Shown: positions 60,029-64,000 of the stretch, in pieces
How positions within the stretch are numbered: the stretch's first letter is position 1
How the letters are laid out: the number at the start of each line of letters is the position of its first letter
Assembly: GCA_958009085.1 (NCBI GenBank)
Contig: OY253681.1
Coordinates: 496,001 to 560,000 of the forward strand
From: Protoeuglena noctilucae
Taxonomy: Eukaryota
Direction of reading: 5' to 3'
Length of the DNA stretch: 64,000 bases
Translations under genes and position numbers: made by a program
Notes under the pieces: generated by a model
Database searches by the model: none
Told to the model about the DNA's origin: nothing
The model's input: only the letters and a program-made list of their open reading frames with translations

Positions 60029-61986
60029 CTAGTCCTTCTCCTTCTTCTCCTTCTTCTCCTTCTTCTGCGAACGACCCGAGGGCGGGCGAGGTGGCGCAGC
60101 TGGCCCACGCAGCCCGGCGTGCGTGCAGGCATTGCATTGCATCACATCGCACCTCCTTCTTCTCCTTCTTTTCCTTCTTCTCCTTCTTGCTCTTCTTCGG
60201 CGTGCCCTCCTCCGACGGCGCCTCGAGCGCCGGGCTCCTCTCCCGCTTGGCAGCTGCCCCGTCGGCCGTCCCCGCCAGGTCCGGCATGGCCCGCAGGTAC
60301 TCCTTCGGCGTGCTGTCGTTCGGCCGGCCGTGCTTGTCCAGCTTGCCCTCCGCCATGAGCGCCTTCTTCTGCTGCGCCATGGGCCCCAGGCCCCACCGGC
60401 GCGGGTACGTGTCCCGGTCCATGATGACGCGCTTAATGCGGGCCACGCAGCCGTGGTCGCACGAGGCCATGCCCGCCGAGTTCATCTCGGCGATAGCCAT
60501 GGCCACGGCCTCCCCCTTGGTGGTGATGAGGACCACCTCGTCCCCCACCTCCACGCCGCTCTCGAAGCGCAGGAGGCCCGGGATCATGAGCTTGGCGCCG
60601 TAGCACAGGGCGTTGACCGTCGAGTCCTTGACGACGAGCCGCTTGAAGTTGGTCAGCAGCATCTCCAGCGGCATGATCACCCGGCGAAGGTAGGACTCGT
60701 CCTTGTAGTTGTCGTACAGCCACATGGCGTCCAGGAGGTCGTGCATCGTCACCATGTTGTCCTGCGCCACGCCGGCAGGGCCGCGTGTCAGGCGCGGGCG
60801 CCGGCCGTCGGGCGCTGCGGCTACTCGCCCCCCGCGGCCCCTCACCTTCTCCCCCATGATGCCCGACCGCACACGCCGCAGCTCCTGCATGTGCCCCCCG
60901 ACGCCGAGCACGAGGCCCAGGTGGACGCACAGCGTCCGGATGTAGGTCCCCGCCTCGCACGACACCCAGAAGACCGCGAGGTGTCGGTCGTCGTCGTACT
61001 CGATGAGCTTTGACTCGTAGATGGTGCGGATGCGGAGCTGGCGCTTGACGGCCGAGATGAGGGGTGGGCGCTGGAAGAGGGCGCCCGTCAGCTGCTGGAG
61101 AGCGCGAGACACCTTGACGGCCCCGCCCTCGACCTTGCCGTGCAGGCGCGCCACGCAGACGTACTCCTTGCCCGCCCCCTGCTGCGCCTTGACCAGGCGC
61201 GTGCCCCGCTCGATGCACACGATGAGGTTCCCCGTGACCTTGGGGTCGAGCGTCCCCGAGTGACCCGTCTTCTCCACGCGCAGCATGCGCTTGATCCACG
61301 CGACGACCTCGTGCGACGAAGGGTTGGCGGGCTTGTCCAGGTTGATGCACCCATACATCATGTGCTCGCGCAGCGGGCGCTTCAACGGCGTAAAGCCCGA
61401 TGCGATCGGAGTATAACGCGCCGTCCGCACGTGCAGCTTGTCATAGTTCTGCGCGGGGTGCGACGGGCCCATCGCGCACGGGCAGGCAGGTGGCTGTGCG
61501 GCGCGCTCGGCGGACCGCTGCGCGAGATGATCTGCATACTGCATGCATCGATCTCACCTTCAGCAGCAGGGGCCATTTGGACGTGTCCAGAGGGGGCGTC
61601 ACGTCCTCGGGCTTGATCACAAGCTCCCCGCCCTGCATGGCGGACAGCGTCGCGAGCACAAGGTCGTGCGGGGAGACGGCAGCGCCCTCAAACACTCCAT
61701 TACTCGCGCGAGCAGGAAAGCGAGGGCGACGGTGGGTACCGGCCTTCCCCCACGCGGGAGCGCGCAAGACGGCCGGCGCAGGGGACAGGCGATGCCCCCG
61801 GGCGGTCAGGGCCCCGCGCCGCAATCCAACGTACACACGAGCATCATGAATGAGAACAGGAGGAACCGGGAGTTGAAAACAGCGCATACGCAGGCCTGGG
61901 TCCGCTCGGAGAAAGAGGGAAGCTGCCCCGCCGATGAGGAAGGCCGCATGCCAGTGCGATTGGCTCACCTCCTTTGATTTCCCCAT
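60029..61986 (-). CDS. CBF5: H/ACA ribonucleoprotein pseudouridine synthase CBF5/dyskerin
   Basis: [66 protein letters not shown], a PUA domain and a KKE-repeat tail. Confidence 0.97.
60032..60200 (-). repeat. (AAGAAGGAG)n coding repeat, KKE tail of CBF5, split by an intron
   Basis: CTCCTTCTT-type units on the + strand at about 60034-60066 and 60152-60198. Confidence 0.85.
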
Positions 61987-62374
61987 GCCGGCACCCCAGA
62001 GGCCCGGCGGGCCAGCCCCGGCAGGGAGACGGGAGGCAGACGGCGCGGATGACCAGAACACGCGAAAGGACGCGCTCAGCGGTAAGACTCGAGCGAAGTG
62101 GTTTGCGTCGCGTGATTTGATGGGTCAAGTCGTCACCAGAATCTCGAAACGGCGCGTGTGCTGCACAGGGTCGGACGGGGTGGCTGCGCGTCGAATCCCT
62201 TCGAGGACACCCGCGATGGACAGACACTCGGGCTCTTTTACGCTCGTGAGCAGCGACGCTGCTGAACTTGCGGCTTGCTATGCCGTCCCACTGGCCGCGA
62301 CATGCACAGCACGCGTGGCTAGTGCGCGGGAAACACAGGACATGCCGAGGCACAGACGGGCTAGATACGGTGCG

Positions 62375-64000
62375 TCATATCCACGGCATCCACCAGATGT
62401 ACATGCCCCCCAGGTTGTCCTTGTCGACGGCTTCCTGGATGAGCCGGTGGACGTGCCCCTCCACGGACAGAGACAGGCTGGGTATGGATGCGACTCCAAT
62501 GAGCGTGCCGTTGATACGGCCCTGGATCTGCCGCAGCGCATCGAGCGCAGCCGGGTTCTCCCCCTCCGCCGCCCTGCGTGCTGCGTCCTCCTCGGGCCGT
62601 GGGGACTTGCTGCTCCTCCAGCTCCAGTCGACGAGCGGGTCGTGGACAAAGCTCTCCGCCACGGACATGACGGTGTCCCGGTTTGCGCGGAGGGCCGCCA
62701 GCGTCATCTCGCACACCTTGCGATACGAGCCCTCCACGCCCGTCACCCCCATCGCGTCCACCACGTTCTGGGTCAGCCGGAACGGCACCAGCTCCGGCTT
62801 CTCGAGCGTCAGGCCCTGCGGCAGTGGGCGTGTTGCGAGCCTGCTCACGGGCCGCCCGCTGCACACCTCTGCACATCTCCGTGCAGCCACCTGCGGCACG
62901 CGTCTCCGGGCACTGTCCCCAGGCTCACCTTGTCGAAGAGACACCCGAAGTCGATCATGACGGCGTCGCCGGAGCTCGCGTCGATGAGGATGTTCTCGCC
63001 GTGGCGGTCCCCCAGTCCCACGACGTGGCCGACCATCGACCACACCGCAGTCGTGCACGTGAAGTTCTTCCGGGCTTGCAGCCACTTGGACGGCTCGAAG
63101 TAGCGGGAAATAAACCACCTGGGTGCAGATGCACAGCGTTCGGTCTCATGAAGAGCCTCGCAAAGCACGGCCGCACCGACGTGCATCTCAGCCACTCACT
63201 TGTGGAGGCGGGGAGGGAACCGGGACAATACCTCGTCCAGAATGTCTGACGACCTTTTCTTCGCTGCAATGCCCTTGTTGTAGATGTCCTGGACCTCCTC
63301 ATTTGTTTTCCTGGAGACGAGGGCAGCACAAGGAACAGCTTGGCGGCCTGCAGCACACATGTCAAGGCACCAGCAGTGCTTGCAGAGTCGGCTTCTCACC
63401 GCCCATCGTACATCCCATCGAGCACGTACACCTCCTGGCAGCAATTGCGGAAGCCGCTCGTCCGCTTCACCCACTCGACCAGCCCCGAGTCCTCGACCAG
63501 CGGCGCCACGTAGTAAGTCCGCATCTTCAGCGAGCGCTGCCTTGCGGCGGGATCTCTGGCAAACACGCGGTTCATGACCGACGCCATCTCCATCATCCTG
63601 TCGCACGGGGACGAGGCAGGAAGGCATATCGCAAGCTGAGAAGGTGTGGGGTTGGAAGAAGAAGAAGGCACGAAGAAGCCAATCATCGCCTCACCGTGTG
63701 TCCTTTCGAAGGTCGTCCTTTGGCTTCGCCAAGAACCAGTATTCCTCCCCGTCCGAGCCTCGCACGCGGATCTTCTTGGGGCGCATGAGCGATGCCAGCA
63801 ACTCAATCGCGTCCTCCACCCCGTGGAAGGACACGCTGACGGGGAAGGCCACGTGCTTGTCGTCCGCGGGAGGAGCGCTGTCGGGCGGGAGGACCAGGTT
63901 CATCGTCTGGCGAATGGGCAGGAGCACGCTGCACGGCAGAGCACGCTCGAACTCGGGGAGGTTGGCTCTGCGGGAAGAGGCGAAGGACTTCTCAGCGCTG
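62375..64000 (-). CDS. ATR: PIKK-family kinase ATR, C-terminal kinase + FATC portion; 5' part outside the window
   Basis: FLAKPKDDLRKDTRMME, GLVEWV, TTAVWSMVGHVVGLGDRHGENIL, IDFGCLFDKGLTLEKPELVPFRLTQN and FATC LSVEGHVHRLIQEAVDKDNLGGMYIWWMPWI*. Confidence 0.95.

Noticed and set aside
49463..64000. Possible functional cluster of genome/RNA maintenance genes (SNF2-RING, LSM7, TAF10, CBF5, ATR)
   Set aside because: Housekeeping genes are dense throughout the window; adjacency alone gives no evidence of a pathway cluster.

Overview
Compact, GC-rich (by eye about two-thirds G+C) eukaryotic nuclear DNA, densely packed with multi-exon genes and mostly 80-130 nt spliceosomal introns. A GBSS-type starch synthase, an AP2-domain factor and a flagellar-type protein point to a green alga, probably a flagellated chlorophyte; the lineage is inferred, not shown. 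I reconstructed about 24 genes by eye: RRP4, PRMT3, UCH37, two tandem DA1-like peptidases, a FAP129-like protein, a divergent GBSS, a TM+START-like protein, a MAPEG, ARL1, NDUFS8, a giant formin, SAP18, a HAD phosphatase, a sphingosine kinase, an EF-hand/EML protein, an AP2 factor, a SNF2-RING helicase, VMA21, LSM7, TAF10, an F-box/WD40 protein, CBF5 and the 3' end of ATR. There is a 200-N assembly gap. No mobile elements, CRISPR arrays, tRNA or rRNA were seen. Main leads: (1) a spliced gene that appears to fuse an MJ1316-type RNA-end-recognition domain to an F-box and WD40 repeats, a candidate RNA-sensing SCF receptor; (2) about 14 GC-AG introns, far above the usual rate; (3) a tandem pair of complete UIM-LIM-peptidase DA1 genes head-to-head with a deubiquitinase; (4) a candidate LSM7-TAF10 bicistron; (5) a SNF2-RING protein with C-terminal SUMO-interacting-like motifs. 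All exon boundaries are manual inferences and need RNA-seq.
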